Part shown: piece by piece, positions 40,373 through 53,093 of the stretch
How positions within the stretch are numbered: the first letter of the stretch is position 1
Layout: the number at the start of each line of letters is the position of its first letter
From: Anaeramoeba ignava BMAN
Lineage: Eukaryota; Protista; Anaeramoebae
DNA length: 64,000 nt
Reading direction: 5' to 3'
NCBI GenBank assembly: GCA_028826165.1
Contig: JAPDFW010000117.1
Location: forward strand, 1 to 64,000
Program-made: the position numbers and the translations under genes
The notes under the pieces: generated by a model
What the model saw: the letters and a program-made list of their open reading frames with translations, nothing else
What the model was told of the DNA's origin: nothing
Database searches by the model: none

Positions 40373-43300
40373 ATGGGAGTTTTATTATTCTTTTTAATTT
40401 TTGGAGCAATTTGTTGTTTTTTAATGGCTTTTGGTATTGGGATGAATAACGCAGCAAATTCGTAAGTTTAAAATTAATTAAAAAAAAAAGAAAAAAATAA
40501 AAAAAAATTTATTTTGTGATTTCTTTCACCTTTTTTTCTAAATTCTCATTTGAAAATTAATCAATCAAATTCAATCAATAAAATATTTAAATAAAATCAA
40601 TATTAAATCAATTATTTCAATTGATGAAAGAAAATTTAAATCAATTTGAATTTTTATTTAAAATTAAAAAGAAGAATTCAATTTGGTTTTTATTTTTATT
40701 TTTATTTTTAATTTTTATTTCATTTTTCTATTTTTCCTCATAATTCAATTAAATAAATTTAAATTAAAATTTAAAATAGAATTTAAATAAGAATTTATAA
40801 AAACAAAATGGGAGTTTTTATTCTTTTTAATTTTTGGAGCAATTTAATTTTGTTTTTAATTGGCTTTTAATTATTGGGATGAATAACAATTCAAATTCAA
40901 TTCAATATTTTAAAATTAATTAAAAAGAAAAAAATTTAAAAATTTATTTTTTGATTTCTTTTCATATTTATTTTTCAATTTCTCAAAATTCAATTTCAAT
41001 TTAAATTAATCAATTCAATATTTAATTCAATTCAATATTCAATATTCAATTCAATTCAATTCAATATTCAAATCAATATTCAATTCAATTTAATTTAATT
41101 CAATTTAAATTAATTCAATATTTTAATTCAATTTAATTCAATTCAATTATTTAATTCAATATTCAATTCAATATTCAATTTAATTTAATTTAATTTAATT
41201 CAATTCAATATTCAATTCAATTTAATTTAATTTAATTTAATTCAATATTCAATTCAATTCAATTCAATATTCAATTTAATTCAATTTAATTCAATTCAAT
41301 TCAATTCAATTCAATTCAATTCAATTCAATTCAATTCAATTCAATATTCAATTCAATATTCAATTCAATTCAATTCAATTCAATTCAATTCAATTCAATT
41401 TAAATCAATTCAATTCAATTCAATATTTAATTCAATTTAATTTAATTTAATTTAATTCAATTTAAATCAATTCAATTCAATTCAATTCTATTCAATTCAA
41501 TATTTAATTCAATTCAAATCAAATTAAATTAAATTCAATTCAATTCAATTCAATTCAATTCAATTTAATATTCAATTCAATTTAAATTAAATTAATTCAA
41601 TATTTTAAAGTGTCGGAACTGCAGTTGGTTCAAAAGCAATTTCTGCTAAAAAAGCGTTGCTTATAGGAAGTTTTTTTGAATTTTGTGGAGCTGTTTTAAT
41701 TGGATCTTTTGTTTCTCAAACTATTCGTAAAGGAATTATTACAACTACTGATTTTATTGGAAATGAAAAAGAATTTTCTCTTGGTATGCTTTCTTCTTTA
41801 CTTGGAAGTACTCTTTGGCTTGTTCTTGCAACTTATTGGGCGTAATTTCTATTTTAAATATAAAATTAAAATTAAAATAATTAAAATTAAAATCAAAATT
41901 AAAATCAAAATTCAAATCAAAATTAAAATTAAAATCAAAATCAAAATCAAAATCTAAATTAAAATTAAAATTAAAATCAAAATTAAAATTAAAATTAAAA
42001 TTAAAATTAAAATTAAAATTAAAATTAAAATTAAAATCAAAATCAAAATTAAAATAAAAATCAAAATTAAAATTAAATTTAAAATTAAAATTAAAATTAA
42101 AATCAAAATTAAAATTAAAATTAAAATTAAAATCAAATTCAAAATCAAAATCAAAATTAAAATTAAATTCAAAATCAAAATCAAAATCAAAATCAAAATT
42201 AATATCAAAAATCAAATTAAAATTAAAATTAAAATCAAAATTATTTTTTTTAAATAGATTACCTGTTTCAACAACTCATTCAATAGTTGGGTAAATAAAT
42301 ATAAATAAATAAAAAATAAATATAAATATAAATATAAAAATAAAATAAAATATTAATTATTTTTTTGGTTGTTCCACTTTTTTTTTAATTAAAAATTAAA
42401 GAGGAATTTTGGGATTTGCAATGTATGTTTATGGTCCAAAAGTTGTAAATACAAAATCATTAATAAATATTGTACTTTCATGGGTTATTTCACCTGTATC
42501 AGGTTTTGTAGTTTCATGGGCAATGTATACATTAGTTAAGAAAACAATATTAAACAAAAAAACAAATGAACAAAGTTTTAAAGCAGCAAAACTTTGGACA
42601 CCAATTCATTTTGGATTTACAATATCAACAATGGTACTTTTCTTTCTTGAAAGTGGATCAAAATGGTTCAATTTTAAATTTGCAATTTGGATAATGGTTT
42701 TAATATTCTTTTTATCATGGATTTTAGCATGGTTTATTTGTTATAAATGGATTTTAAAAATTTATCTCAGAAAAGCTTTAAAACCTAAAGAATTTGATAT
42801 TGATGTTGATGCTCACAAAATGAATCATCAAATTGGAGTATTTGATTCTTTTGGAATAATTGATTTAAATTTGGAAGAATATCAAGATCATGGATTTATT
42901 AAAGATGAAAGAGCTGCTGAAGAATTTAAATTTATTATTGAACCAGAAAAATTAACTGAAATTCCAGTTGATGATAAAAATTGGAAAATTTTAACTGAAG
43001 ATGAATTTATAACTGAATTTTCTGAATCTATTCCTGATAAAGAAGCAGAAATTAAATTGGAAGAATTTGAACTTCAAGAGTTAAAAACTGATGAAGATCA
43101 AAATACAGATCAAAATGAAAATAATAAAGATAATAATAAAGATAATAAAAAAGAAGTTAGATTTGAAAATCAAACTGAAAGTAATATTGATGATGATGAT
43201 GATTTTGATTCTAATGATGAATTAAATTTAATGAAACAAATTGAAAGGAAAAGAAAACAAAAACAAATTAAAGAAGGAAAAGATCCAAATGAACCAGTAA

Positions 43301-44662
43301 TTTCACCTTATAAAGCTGAAATTGAAAAACTTGGAGGAACAGTTCCATTATTTATGTTATTACAAGTTATAACAGCAATGTTTGTTGCATTTGGACATGG
43401 AGGTGTAAATAATCAATTCAAAAATCAAAATTAAAATCAAAATCAATATTAAAATTAAAATTAAAATTAAAATTAAAATCAAAATCAAAATTAAAATATA
43501 AATTAAAATCAAAATTAAAATTAAAAATAAATTTAGAATTAAAATTAAAATTAAAATTAAAATTAAAATAATCAAAATCAAAATCAAAATCAAAATCAAA
43601 ATCAAAATTAAAATTAAAATTAAAATTAAAATTAAAATCAAAATTAAAATCAAAATCAAAATTAAAATTAAAATCAAAATTAAAATTAAAATCAAAATTA
43701 AAATTAAAATTAAAATTAAAATCAAAATTAAAATTAAAATTAGAATGAAATTAAAATCAAAATTAAAATCAAAATTAAAATTAAAATTAAAATTAAAATC
43801 AAAATTAAAATTAAAATTAAAATTAAAATTAAAATCAAAATTAAAATCAAAATTAAAATCAAAATTAAAATTAAAATTAAAATTCAAAATCAAAATTAAA
43901 ATTAAAAAAATTCAAAATTAAAATTAAAATAAAATCAAAATCAAAATTAAAATTAAAATTGATTTAGAATGATACTCCTAATGCAACAGCACCATTTGGA
44001 TCAATTTATAGTGTTTATACATCAGGAGATGTAACAAAAGTTCAGGTTTCATTTTGGGTTCTTGCAATTGGAGGATTTGCATTAGCATTAGGATTATTAA
44101 TATTTGGACATAGAGTTTTAATAACAGTTGGTGAAAAAATTACATTATTAACTCCAACTGGAGGTTATATTTCACAATTATCAACAGCATTAACAACAGT
44201 TGTTTGTTCACGTTTAGGAATGCCAATTTCAACAACACATATTCTTATTGGAGCAGTTCTTGGATATGGAGTTAGTCTTTATGGTAGATTATTAAATAAA
44301 ATATTAAATAAAATATTAAATTAATTATTAAATAAAATATTAAATAAAATATTAAATAAAACATTAAATAAATTATTAAATAAAATATTAAATAAAAAAT
44401 AAAATATTAAATAAAACATTAAATAAATTATTAAATAAATTATTATTAAATAAAATAATAAAAAGTGGAATAAAAATTGGAACAAAATATTAAATAAAAT
44501 ATTATTTTTAATTTCTTAATAGGTTGGTCAACTGGAATTAATGGAAAAATGATTTTTAAAATTGTTGTTAGTTGGTTAGTTACTCTTCCAATTTCTTCAA
44601 TTACAGCAATTATGATTTTTGCAGTTCTTCGTCCTTTATGTGGAAATTTTTCTTTAAATTAA
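40373..44662 (+). CDS. PiT/SLC20 inorganic anion transporter, copy 2 (tandem paralogue), 6 exons
   Basis: Exons 40373-40461, 41611-41841, 42258-42290, 42402-43404, 43968-44283, 44523-44662. Same intron positions as copy 1 and near-identical exons. Confidence 0.9.
40560..40960 (+). pseudogene. Degenerate duplicate of the PiT copy-2 promoter and exon 1, inside its own intron 1
   Basis: AAAACAAAATGGGAGTTTTTATTC...TTTGGAGCAATT...ATTGGGATGAATAAC at ~40800-40890 repeats 40365-40450 with indels; the upstream sequence repeats ~40100-40360. Confidence 0.7.
40990..41600. repeat. (TTCAA)n pentamer satellite (reverse complement of the 18-20 kb satellite) in PiT copy-2 intron 1
   Basis: Long TTCAA/TTTAA runs. 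Confidence 0.88.
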
Positions 44663-44780
44663 AAAGAAATCAAAACAAAAATTAAAATAAAAAAATTTTT
44701 TTTTCGTTTTATTTTTTTGGATTGAAAAAAAAAATTTTTGTTTGTTTGTTTGATTGATTTTTTGAATTGAAAAAAAAAAA

Positions 44781-47014
44781 TTAAGGAACGGATTTAAGAT
44801 AAAAAATAGATTGAGAATCATGGTCAGAACCACAACGATCACTTTCCCAATCTCTCATTGCTTGAGAACAATCAAAAACGTTAAACTGCTTGTCAATACA
44901 AAAACCGATTTCATGAAGAACAACTTGATCACCATAAAAACCGCAATGAAAAGTGGCATTTTTTTGAGTAACTGAACGGATTGCATTATCAAGTTGGTTA
45001 TAAGAATAAGGAATAGAATTTGAAGGTAAAATTTGAGAATTAGCAAGAAAATCTGCCGGATTCAAACGGTTATGAAGAAGAATTGCTTGTCTAAAATAAT
45101 CCTTTTCGGTTTTTAATTCACTTAAAGAACAAGTTCCATGTGATTCCCAGTTTGTTTTCCAATAATCTTCAGGATTTGTAAAGTTCCAAATGTCGGGCCA
45201 CATTATTGCTAATAATGAATGAAATGTTGATACTTCTGCATAATTGAATGGATATGTTGAACTACAATTCGTTGGTGTGTTGTCTTCTGTTCGAGGAATA
45301 AATGTTAGAATGGAAAACATAGTGTACCAGCTTGGAATTGTGCAATTATTAGGTGGAAGACAATGTGAAGTTGGCCATCTTTTATAAATTTTGAAATAAA
45401 TATTGAAATAAATTTTAGATTTAAATTTTGAAATAAATTTGGATATAAATTTTAATATAAATTTTAATATAAATTTTAATATAAATTTTGATATAAATTT
45501 TAATATAAATTTTGATATAAATTTTAATATAAATTTTAATATAAATTTTAATATAAATTTGGATATAAATTTTAATATAAATTTGGATATAAATTTTAAT
45601 ATAAATTTTAATATAAATTTTGGATATAAATTTTGGATATAAAATTTTAATATAAATTTGGATATAAATTTGGATATAAATTTGGATATAAATTTTGATA
45701 TAAATTTTAATATAAATTTTAATATAAATTTTGATATAAATTTTAATATAAATTTTGGATATAAATTTGGATATAAAATTTTAATATAAATTTGGATATA
45801 AATTTGGATATAAATTTGGATATAAATTTTGATATAAATTTGGATATAAATTTGGATATAAATTTGGATATAAATTTGGATATAAATTTGGATATAAATT
45901 TGGATATAAATTTTAATATAAATTTGGATATAAATTTGGATATAAATTTGGATATAAATTGAATTGATATAAATTGAATGATATAATTGAATTATTTAAT
46001 TGATATAACTAAAGTATTTAATTGAAGTATAAAATTAAATAAAATATTATTATAAATATTATTATTAAATTGAATTATTAAATTTTAATATAAATTAAAT
46101 TGAATAACTAAAGTATTTAATTTAAGTATTAAATTAAATAAAATATTATTGTAAATATTATTTAATTGATATAACTAAAAGTATTTAATTGAAGTATTAA
46201 AATTAAATAAAATTGTAAATATAATTGTAAATATAATTATTAAATTTTAATATAAATTTGGATATAAATTTGGATATAAATTTTAATATAAATTTGGATA
46301 TAAATTTTAATATAAATTTTGGATATAAATTTTGAATTATTAAATTTTAATATAAATTTGGATATAAATTTGGATATAAATTTTAATATAAATTTGGATA
46401 TAAATTGAATAATTGAAGTATAAAATTAAATAAGATATTAATTGTAAATATTATTATTAAATTGAATTATTAAATTTGGATATAAATTAAATTGATATAA
46501 CTAAAAGTATTTAATTTAAGTATTAAATTAAATAAAATATTATTGTAAATATTATTATTAAATTGAATTATTAAATTTTAATATAAATTAAATTGAATAA
46601 CTAAAGTATTTAATTTAAGTATTAAATTAAATAAAATATAATTGTAAATATTATTAAATTGAATTATTCAATTTTAATATAAATTTTGGATATAAATTGA
46701 ATTATTAAATTTTAATATAAATTTGGATATAAATTTGGATATAAATTTTAATATAAATTTGGATATAAATTTGGATATAAATTTTAATATAAATTTGGAT
46801 ATAAATTGAATAATTGAAGTATAAAATTAAATAAGATATTATTGTAAATATTATTATTTAATTGAATTATTAAATTTTAATATAAATTTTGATTTAAATT
46901 GAATTATAAATGGTTTTACGTTAAACGTAAGTGATAAAAATCAAAATCTGTATCAGAATTTGAAAAAGAATAAAGAAAAAGTAAAGAAAAAAATAGAAAA
47001 TTAAAAGAATTCAT
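44781..47014 (-). CDS. Secreted RNase T2-family protein with degenerate catalytic sites, 2 exons, ~230 aa
   Basis: Exons 47014-46920, 45378-44781. Signal peptide, [10 protein letters not shown]|[42 protein letters not shown]. Confidence 0.88.
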
Positions 47015-47120
47015 TTAAATTATTAATTTTGTAAAAAAAAGGAAAAGAAAAAAAATAAAAAAAAATTTTTTTCGTTTTTTAATCATTTTTTATTTTTTAT
47101 TTTTTATTTTTTTTTTATAA

Positions 47121-49070
47121 ATGCAACGTTGTTATTATGAAATACTTGGAGTTGATAATTCATGTTCAGAAGAAGAAATCAAAAAAGCTTATCGTAGAAA
47201 AGCATTAGAATGGCATCCAGACAGAAATCTTGGAAATGAAGATGAAGCAGCAGAAAAATTTAAGGAAATTCACGCAGCTTACACTGTCCTAAGTGACAAA
47301 CAAGAAAGAGCATGGTATGATGATCATAAAGACTCTATTTTAAAAGGAAACGATGGAAGAGAAGAACAAAATCCAGGAATAAATTTATGGCCATTTTTTA
47401 AAGCATCTGTTTATTCAGGATATGGAGAAAAAAATCCAACAGAAAAAAATTCAACGGAAAAAAATTCAACGGAAAAAAATTCAACGGAAAAAAATGTCAA
47501 AAAAAACTTCTTTGAAGTTTATAGTGAAGTTTTTCAAACAATCTTTGAGGAGGAGCAAAATCAAATACCAAAAGAAGAACAACCAACATACAATTTGGAA
47601 TTTGGAGACCTTGATTCGGATATCCAGGATGTTTTTGATTTTTATTATTACTGGTCAAATTTTGTGAGCAAAAAATCATACAGTTGGTGCGACTTATACA
47701 AAACCAGTGAAGCTTCTAATCGGCAAATAAGACGTCAAATGGAAAAAGAAAACAAGAAAAATAGAGAAAAGCATAGAAGGATGTTTAATGAGCAAGTTAG
47801 AGCTCTGGTCGAGTTTGTTAAGAAAAGAGATATTCGGATCAAAAATTTTGAGAAGAAGAAAAAAGAAGAAGAAGAAAAAATGGAAAAAGAAAAGGAAGAA
47901 TTAGAAAAACAAAGGAAAATCATAGAAAAACAACTTGCAAAGCAAAGACGCAAGAAAAATGCAGAAGTTTTGGAACAAAATTTTGCGGAAATCAATCAAG
48001 AACAATTAGAATTGGATGAAATGTTTGCTTTTCAAGAAAAGAAAAAACTTGAAAAAAAAAAATTGAATAAGGATTTTTTTTGTCCTGTTTGCAATAAAAA
48101 TTTCCGCACAAAAAATCAATGGATAAACCATCTTCGTTCCAAAAAACATAAATCAAATGTTTCTGAAATTAAGGATTTAATGAATGAATTTGAATCAGAA
48201 GTTGATATTCCTCTTGAATTGAAAGAATTTGTTTTGATTCATGAACAATTTGATAATCAAAATGATTTGATTAAAAAAATGGAAACAGAAAAGAAGGAAG
48301 AAATGAAGAGGAATCAAAAGAAAAATGAAAATCAAAATATAAATCAAAATATAAATCAAAACAAAAATCAAAACAAAAATCAAAACAATAATCAAAACAA
48401 AAATATAAATCAAAATCAAAAGAAAAATCAAAATCAAAAGAAAAATCAAAATCAAAATCAAAAGAAAAATCAAAATCAAAAGAAAAATGAAAATAAAAAT
48501 CAAAATCAAAATCAAAAGAAAAATATAAATCAAAATCAAAATCAAAATCAAAATCAAAATCAAAATGAAAATCAAAATCAAAATCAAAATCAAAATAAAA
48601 ATGAAAATAAAAATATAAATCAAAATGAAAATCAAAATCAAAATCAAAATCAAAACAAAAATCAAAATAAAAATCAAAATCAAAATAAAAATGAAAATAT
48701 AAATATAATTGAAAATGAAATTGAAAATGAAAATGAAAATGAAAATCAAAATCAAAAGAAAAATGAAAATGAAAATGAAAATAAAAATCAAAATGAAAAT
48801 AAAAATCAAAATCAAAATCAAAATAAAAATGAAAATATAAATATAATTGAAAATGAAAATGAAATTGAAAATGAAAATCAAAAGAAAAAAAAAATTCCTC
48901 AAAAAAAAACTCGTGAAGAAAAATTAGAAGCAAGAAGAAAAAGAAAAGAAAAATTAAAAGATAAAAAAATGAAAAATTCTTTCAGTTGCAAAACTTGTGG
49001 AACAGTTTTTGCTTCAAGAAATCAATTATTCAAACATATTAAACAAACTGGACACGCATCTTATAAATGA
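47121..49070 (+). CDS. DNAJC21: DnaJ subfamily C member 21 / Jjj1 (J domain, zuotin-homology region, two C2H2 zinc fingers, N/Q/E-rich linker)
   Basis: [38 protein letters not shown]; [16 protein letters not shown]; [16 protein letters not shown]; [24 protein letters not shown]. Confidence 0.95.
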   Translation: MQRCYYEILGVDNSCSEEEIKKAYRRKALEWHPDRNLGNEDEAAEKFKEIHAAYTVLSDKQERAWYDDHKDSILKGNDGREEQNPGINLWPFFKASVYSGYGEKNPTEKNSTEKNSTEKNSTEKNVKKNFFEVYSEVFQTIFEEEQNQIPKEEQPTYNLEFGDLDSDIQDVFDFYYYWSNFVSKKSYSWCDLYKTSEASNRQIRRQMEKENKKNREKHRRMFNEQVRALVEFVKKRDIRIKNFEKKKKEEEEKMEKEKEELEKQRKIIEKQLAKQRRKKNAEVLEQNFAEINQEQLELDEMFAFQEKKKLEKKKLNKDFFCPVCNKNFRTKNQWINHLRSKKHKSNVSEIKDLMNEFESEVDIPLELKEFVLIHEQFDNQNDLIKKMETEKKEEMKRNQKKNENQNINQNINQNKNQNKNQNNNQNKNINQNQKKNQNQKKNQNQNQKKNQNQKKNENKNQNQNQKKNINQNQNQNQNQNQNENQNQNQNQNKNENKNINQNENQNQNQNQNKNQNKNQNQNKNENINIIENEIENENENENQNQKKNENENENKNQNENKNQNQNQNKNENINIIENENEIENENQKKKKIPQKKTREEKLEARRKRKEKLKDKKMKNSFSCKTCGTVFASRNQLFKHIKQTGHASYK

Positions 49071-49193
49071 AATAGAATTAAAATTAAAATTAAAAATTAG
49101 AATAAAAATCAGAAAAAAAAAATTTTTTTATTTGAAATCAATTCAAATGGAAAAAAAAAGGTTTTGTTTTGTTTTGTTTTGTTTTTTAAAAGT

Positions 49194-50687
49194 TTAATTG
49201 GTCAAAATTTGTTTTTGTTCTTCTTTTTGTTCTTCTTTTGTTTTTTCTTCTATTTGATCTAAACTGGGAAAATTCAATTTATTTATTATTTCTTTTGGTT
49301 TTTCATCAGGAATTTCCAATTCATTTGAATTCTCCAAATTTTGTGAAGATTGCAAAGTGAGTTGTTCAAGTTCTTTTGATAATTCATCATCATCTTCATC
49401 TCCATCAATTAGATTTGTTGTTGAAATTCCAGTTGAAAGCGCATCTTCAATTTGTTTTTGTTCATCCATTGCATCTTGCAAATCATCAATAACATCCTCT
49501 ACAGTTTCAGCAGTGAAACCAGCATCTGTTGTTAGCGCTTTAAACGCTTGAGTGCCTGATTTCATTGCCTCAACAATTTCTTTATCTGATTCTGTTTTTT
49601 CAATCTTGAAAAGAATTTCTTTTAAAGTATCAATTGATTGATTTCTTTTTGAAAGTGTTGATTCTAAATTTTTCGCTAATTTCATTTGATAAAGCGCAAG
49701 TTTGATATTGTTTTTCTTTTTTTGTGCAAGTGCAAGTTGTTTTTTATGCTCAATTTCCGCTTCAAGTGATTTTAATTGGGTTTTCAATTTGCAAATTGCA
49801 TTTTTTATTGTTGCAATAGTTTGTTCAACTTGTGAAAATGATTGAATTTTTTCCTTTAAAGAATTTGGTGATGAAAATATTACTCCTTCAATCTTGGTTT
49901 GATCTTTTTGATTTGGAATCACAAAACATTTTTCTTGAGTAACCAAATAATACAAACTCAAATAAATGATTTTTTTTGTTTCTTCATCAATCAAATTTAT
50001 ATTTGATTTTGAATTTGAATTTGATTTTGAATTTAAATCTTGATTTTGTTGGAAAATATTTTTTCCCAATTTGAGTATTTTGTCAACAGTCAAAACTCTT
50101 GAAACCAAACTTCCTGTAAATTTTGCGTGAATAATTTTCAATAGTTCGTTTGATTTCTTTTCAATTTGTTGGAAAACAAGATATTCTTGATTTGAATTGT
50201 CATTTTTGACAGATTTTTCATTTTTTTCATTTGATTCAAAATCATATACAAAACTCCCCAAATAAACAACAGGTTTTTTAAGAACATTATCATAAATCCA
50301 AGAAAAAACGCCTTGACTATCATTACTATTTGATTTATTGGGATTATTATTAGGGAAAACTGATTTGATTAGATCCAAACTAAATCCTTTTTGATTTTTC
50401 AAAAAACTGTCAATTTTGCATATTTTGTTTTGTTTTTCCAAATATTGAAAAATTGCAGGCAAACAAACTGGAATCATTCCTTTTCTTGTGAATTTTTTTC
50501 TTATAATGGATTCTGTTATGATTGACCAGTTGAAATGAGAACTGCATGATTCAATTATATTTTCCCAAAATTTGATTCTGTTTTGATAAGCATCGGGTGC
50601 TATTTCTGCATTGGGAAGTTCTGAAAAAAGAACGTTAATTCTTGAATCATCTTCCCATTCTGGAAAATTTTTAAGAAATTCTTCCAT
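49194..50687 (-). CDS. CHMP7: CHMP7 (ESCRT-II/ESCRT-III hybrid)
   Basis: N-terminal RINVLFSEL..YQNRIKFWENII..FTRKGMIPVCL winged-helix-like region plus C-terminal Snf7 domain (ALYQMK..KEIVEAMKSGTQAFK..VEDVIDDLQD..DELSKELEQL). Confidence 0.85.
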   Translation of the reverse strand: MEEFLKNFPEWEDDSRINVLFSELPNAEIAPDAYQNRIKFWENIIESCSSHFNWSIITESIIRKKFTRKGMIPVCLPAIFQYLEKQNKICKIDSFLKNQKGFSLDLIKSVFPNNNPNKSNSNDSQGVFSWIYDNVLKKPVVYLGSFVYDFESNEKNEKSVKNDNSNQEYLVFQQIEKKSNELLKIIHAKFTGSLVSRVLTVDKILKLGKNIFQQNQDLNSKSNSNSKSNINLIDEETKKIIYLSLYYLVTQEKCFVIPNQKDQTKIEGVIFSSPNSLKEKIQSFSQVEQTIATIKNAICKLKTQLKSLEAEIEHKKQLALAQKKKNNIKLALYQMKLAKNLESTLSKRNQSIDTLKEILFKIEKTESDKEIVEAMKSGTQAFKALTTDAGFTAETVEDVIDDLQDAMDEQKQIEDALSTGISTTNLIDGDEDDDELSKELEQLTLQSSQNLENSNELEIPDEKPKEIINKLNFPSLDQIEEKTKEEQKEEQKQILTN

Positions 50688-50774
50688 AATAAAACAATGA
50701 AAAAAAAAATTTTGAAAAGAAAAAAAATGAAAAAAAATTTTTCCGATTTTTAATTTTTTTTTTTAATTTTTCCG

Positions 50775-51650
50775 ATTTTAATTTTAATTTTAATTTTGAT
50801 TTTAATTTTGAATTTTAATTTTAATTTTAATTTTAATTTTAATTTTAATTTTAATTTTAATTTTAATTTTAATTTTGATTTTGATTTTGATTTTTGAATT
50901 TTATTATTGATTTTAATTTTTATATTAATTTTAATATTAATTTTGATTTTGATTTTAATATTAAATTTAATTTTAATTTTAATTTAAATTTTAATTTTAA
51001 TTTTGATTTTAATTTTAATTTTAATTTTAATTTTAATTTTAATTTTGATTTTAATTTTAATTTTAATTTTGATTTTAATTTTAATTTTAATTTTAATTTT
51101 AATTTTTAATTTTAATTTTAATTTTAATTTTAATTTTAATTTTGATTTTAATTTTAATTTTAATTTTAATTTTAATTTTAATTTTAATTTTAATTTTAAT
51201 TTTAATAATTTTTGATTTTTAATTTTAATTTTAATTTTAATTTTGATTTTTAATTTTAATTTTAATTTTAATTTTAATTTTAATTTTTTTTAATTTTTTT
51301 TAATTTTAATTTTGATTTTAATTTTAATTTTATTTTGATTTTTTTTAATTTTTGATTGAATTTTTGATTTTAATTTTAATTTTAATTTTGATTTTAATTT
51401 TAATTTTAATTTTTGATTTTAATTTTTTTAATTTTTAAATAATTTTAATTTTAATTTTAATTTTAATTTTGATTTTAATTTTAATTTTAATTTTAATTTT
51501 AATATTAAATTTTGAATTTTAATTTTGATTTTAATTTTAATTTTAATTTTAATTTTAATTTTAATTTTAATTTTAATTTTGATTTTAATTTTAATTTTGA
51601 TTTTAATTTTAATTTTGATTTTGATTTTGATTTTGAAAATGAATTTTGAT
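50775..51650. repeat. (AATTTT/GATTTT)n hexamer microsatellite, intergenic
   Basis: Continuous hexamer run between the CHMP7 5' end and the BTB-TLDc stop codon. Confidence 0.9.
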
Positions 51651-51651
51651 T

Positions 51652-53093
51652 TTAATTCAAAAAACATTCAATTTCTTCAATAGGCCATGTTCCTCCATGT
51701 CCTGCAAAAAAATTATTTGATTCTTCTGTTCCATATTTAATTCCTTCTGGTAAAACATACCAATATCCAAAATAAACTGATCTACCTTGATTCATATTTG
51801 AAGTATTAATACCTAAATCAATTCCATTTCCAAATGTTGGTCCATAATTTGAAACATAATAAAGAGATTTATCTGGATTTTCTTTTTTGATTGGAATTTT
51901 TTGAGGTGAATAATTTTTTGGATTTTTAATTGTAAAAATAAATGCATCTGGATCTGCAATATATATATAATCTTTTCCTTCAATCCATCCTACTTTTGTA
52001 TAACCTCCACAAATATAATTATCTTTACTTTTGATAATAACTAATGTTTTTCCTTGATTATCACATTTTTCATGAAAAATTTTTGAATCAAATCCATCTC
52101 TTTTGGCTGAAAATCCTAATTTTATTTTAGAAAAGAATTCATTATCATTTATCCATTCTTTTATAAGATTTAAATGTTCTTTTTCTTGAATTATTGTTGA
52201 ATTAAATTTGAATCTTGGTTTGAAAATGAATGAATTTTGATTTTCTTTTTCAATAAATTCTTTTAACTTTGTTTCATTTTTTTGATCAATTTGAAGTTTT
52301 TGTAATTCATTTAATTTTTCTGAAATTTGATTTGGAATTAAATCTTCTTTCAAAATATCTTTAAGTTCGTTTTTGAGAAATCAATAAATCGGATTTTTTG
52401 AATAATATTTGAAATTTGATTTTTTAATTTATCTTTTTCTTCTTTTTTTAGTTTCTGATTTTTCTTTTCTTGATTAATATTTGATTTATGTTTTCCCCAT
52501 TTGATTATTGATTCAAATAGTTCAAATTCATTTATTAAAATTTCATCATTTAATAAAATTGAATTTAAATGATTTTCTTCAAGTTCAAGAAAAAATGAAG
52601 TTTTTATAAATTTATCAAAATTTTCTAAAATAAATTTATAAGAAGAATCTAATAATATATTGAAGTTCATTGAATCAGATAGTTTAAGAATATCAACAAT
52701 AGTTTCAATTTGAAAATTGTTTTTGATAAAATTTGAAACAATTTCAGTTAATTCATCAATTAAATATTTTGATGAAAAAAATAAAATTTCTATTGCATTT
52801 TCTAAATTAATTTCAATTTTTCCTGAATAAAAATAATTCAAAATTGAAGATAGGATTGAACTTGAAACATCTTGAAGAATCATTTTATTTTCTTGATATT
52901 CTTTCATTTTTGATTTGAAAAGAGATTTAAAATATTGACTTCTTGAAGAAAGAATTGATTTATGAGTTTTAAATGAAGTTTGATTTTGTTCACAAATTAT
53001 TTCAAAATCAAAATAATTTTCTTCTTCATTTTGATTTTGAAATAAATTTTTTAAATCATTTGAAAGTTTTTCTAAATTTGAATAAGTTTCCAT
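51652..53093 (-). CDS. BTB/POZ-BACK-TLDc protein; one missing A at ~52370 splits it into two ORFs
   Basis: FKTHKSILSSRSQYFKSLF (BTB), EFELFESIIKW..IRFIDF (BACK), FSAKRDGFDSKIFHEKCDNQGKTLVIIKS..GGYT..YGPTFG (TLDc). Adding one A to the A5 run gives ..FSKNELKDILKEDLIP. Confidence 0.85.

Noticed and set aside
47425-47495. 15-bp repeat (EKNST x4) in DNAJC21
   Set aside because: An ordinary in-frame slippage in a variable loop, with no sign of separate function.
52350-52380. Programmed frameshift or two overlapping genes in BTB-TLDc
   Set aside because: One missing A in a homopolymer explains it, and similar slips occur at ~12115 and 15950-16500. Sequencing error (or a recent null allele) is more parsimonious; reads are needed.
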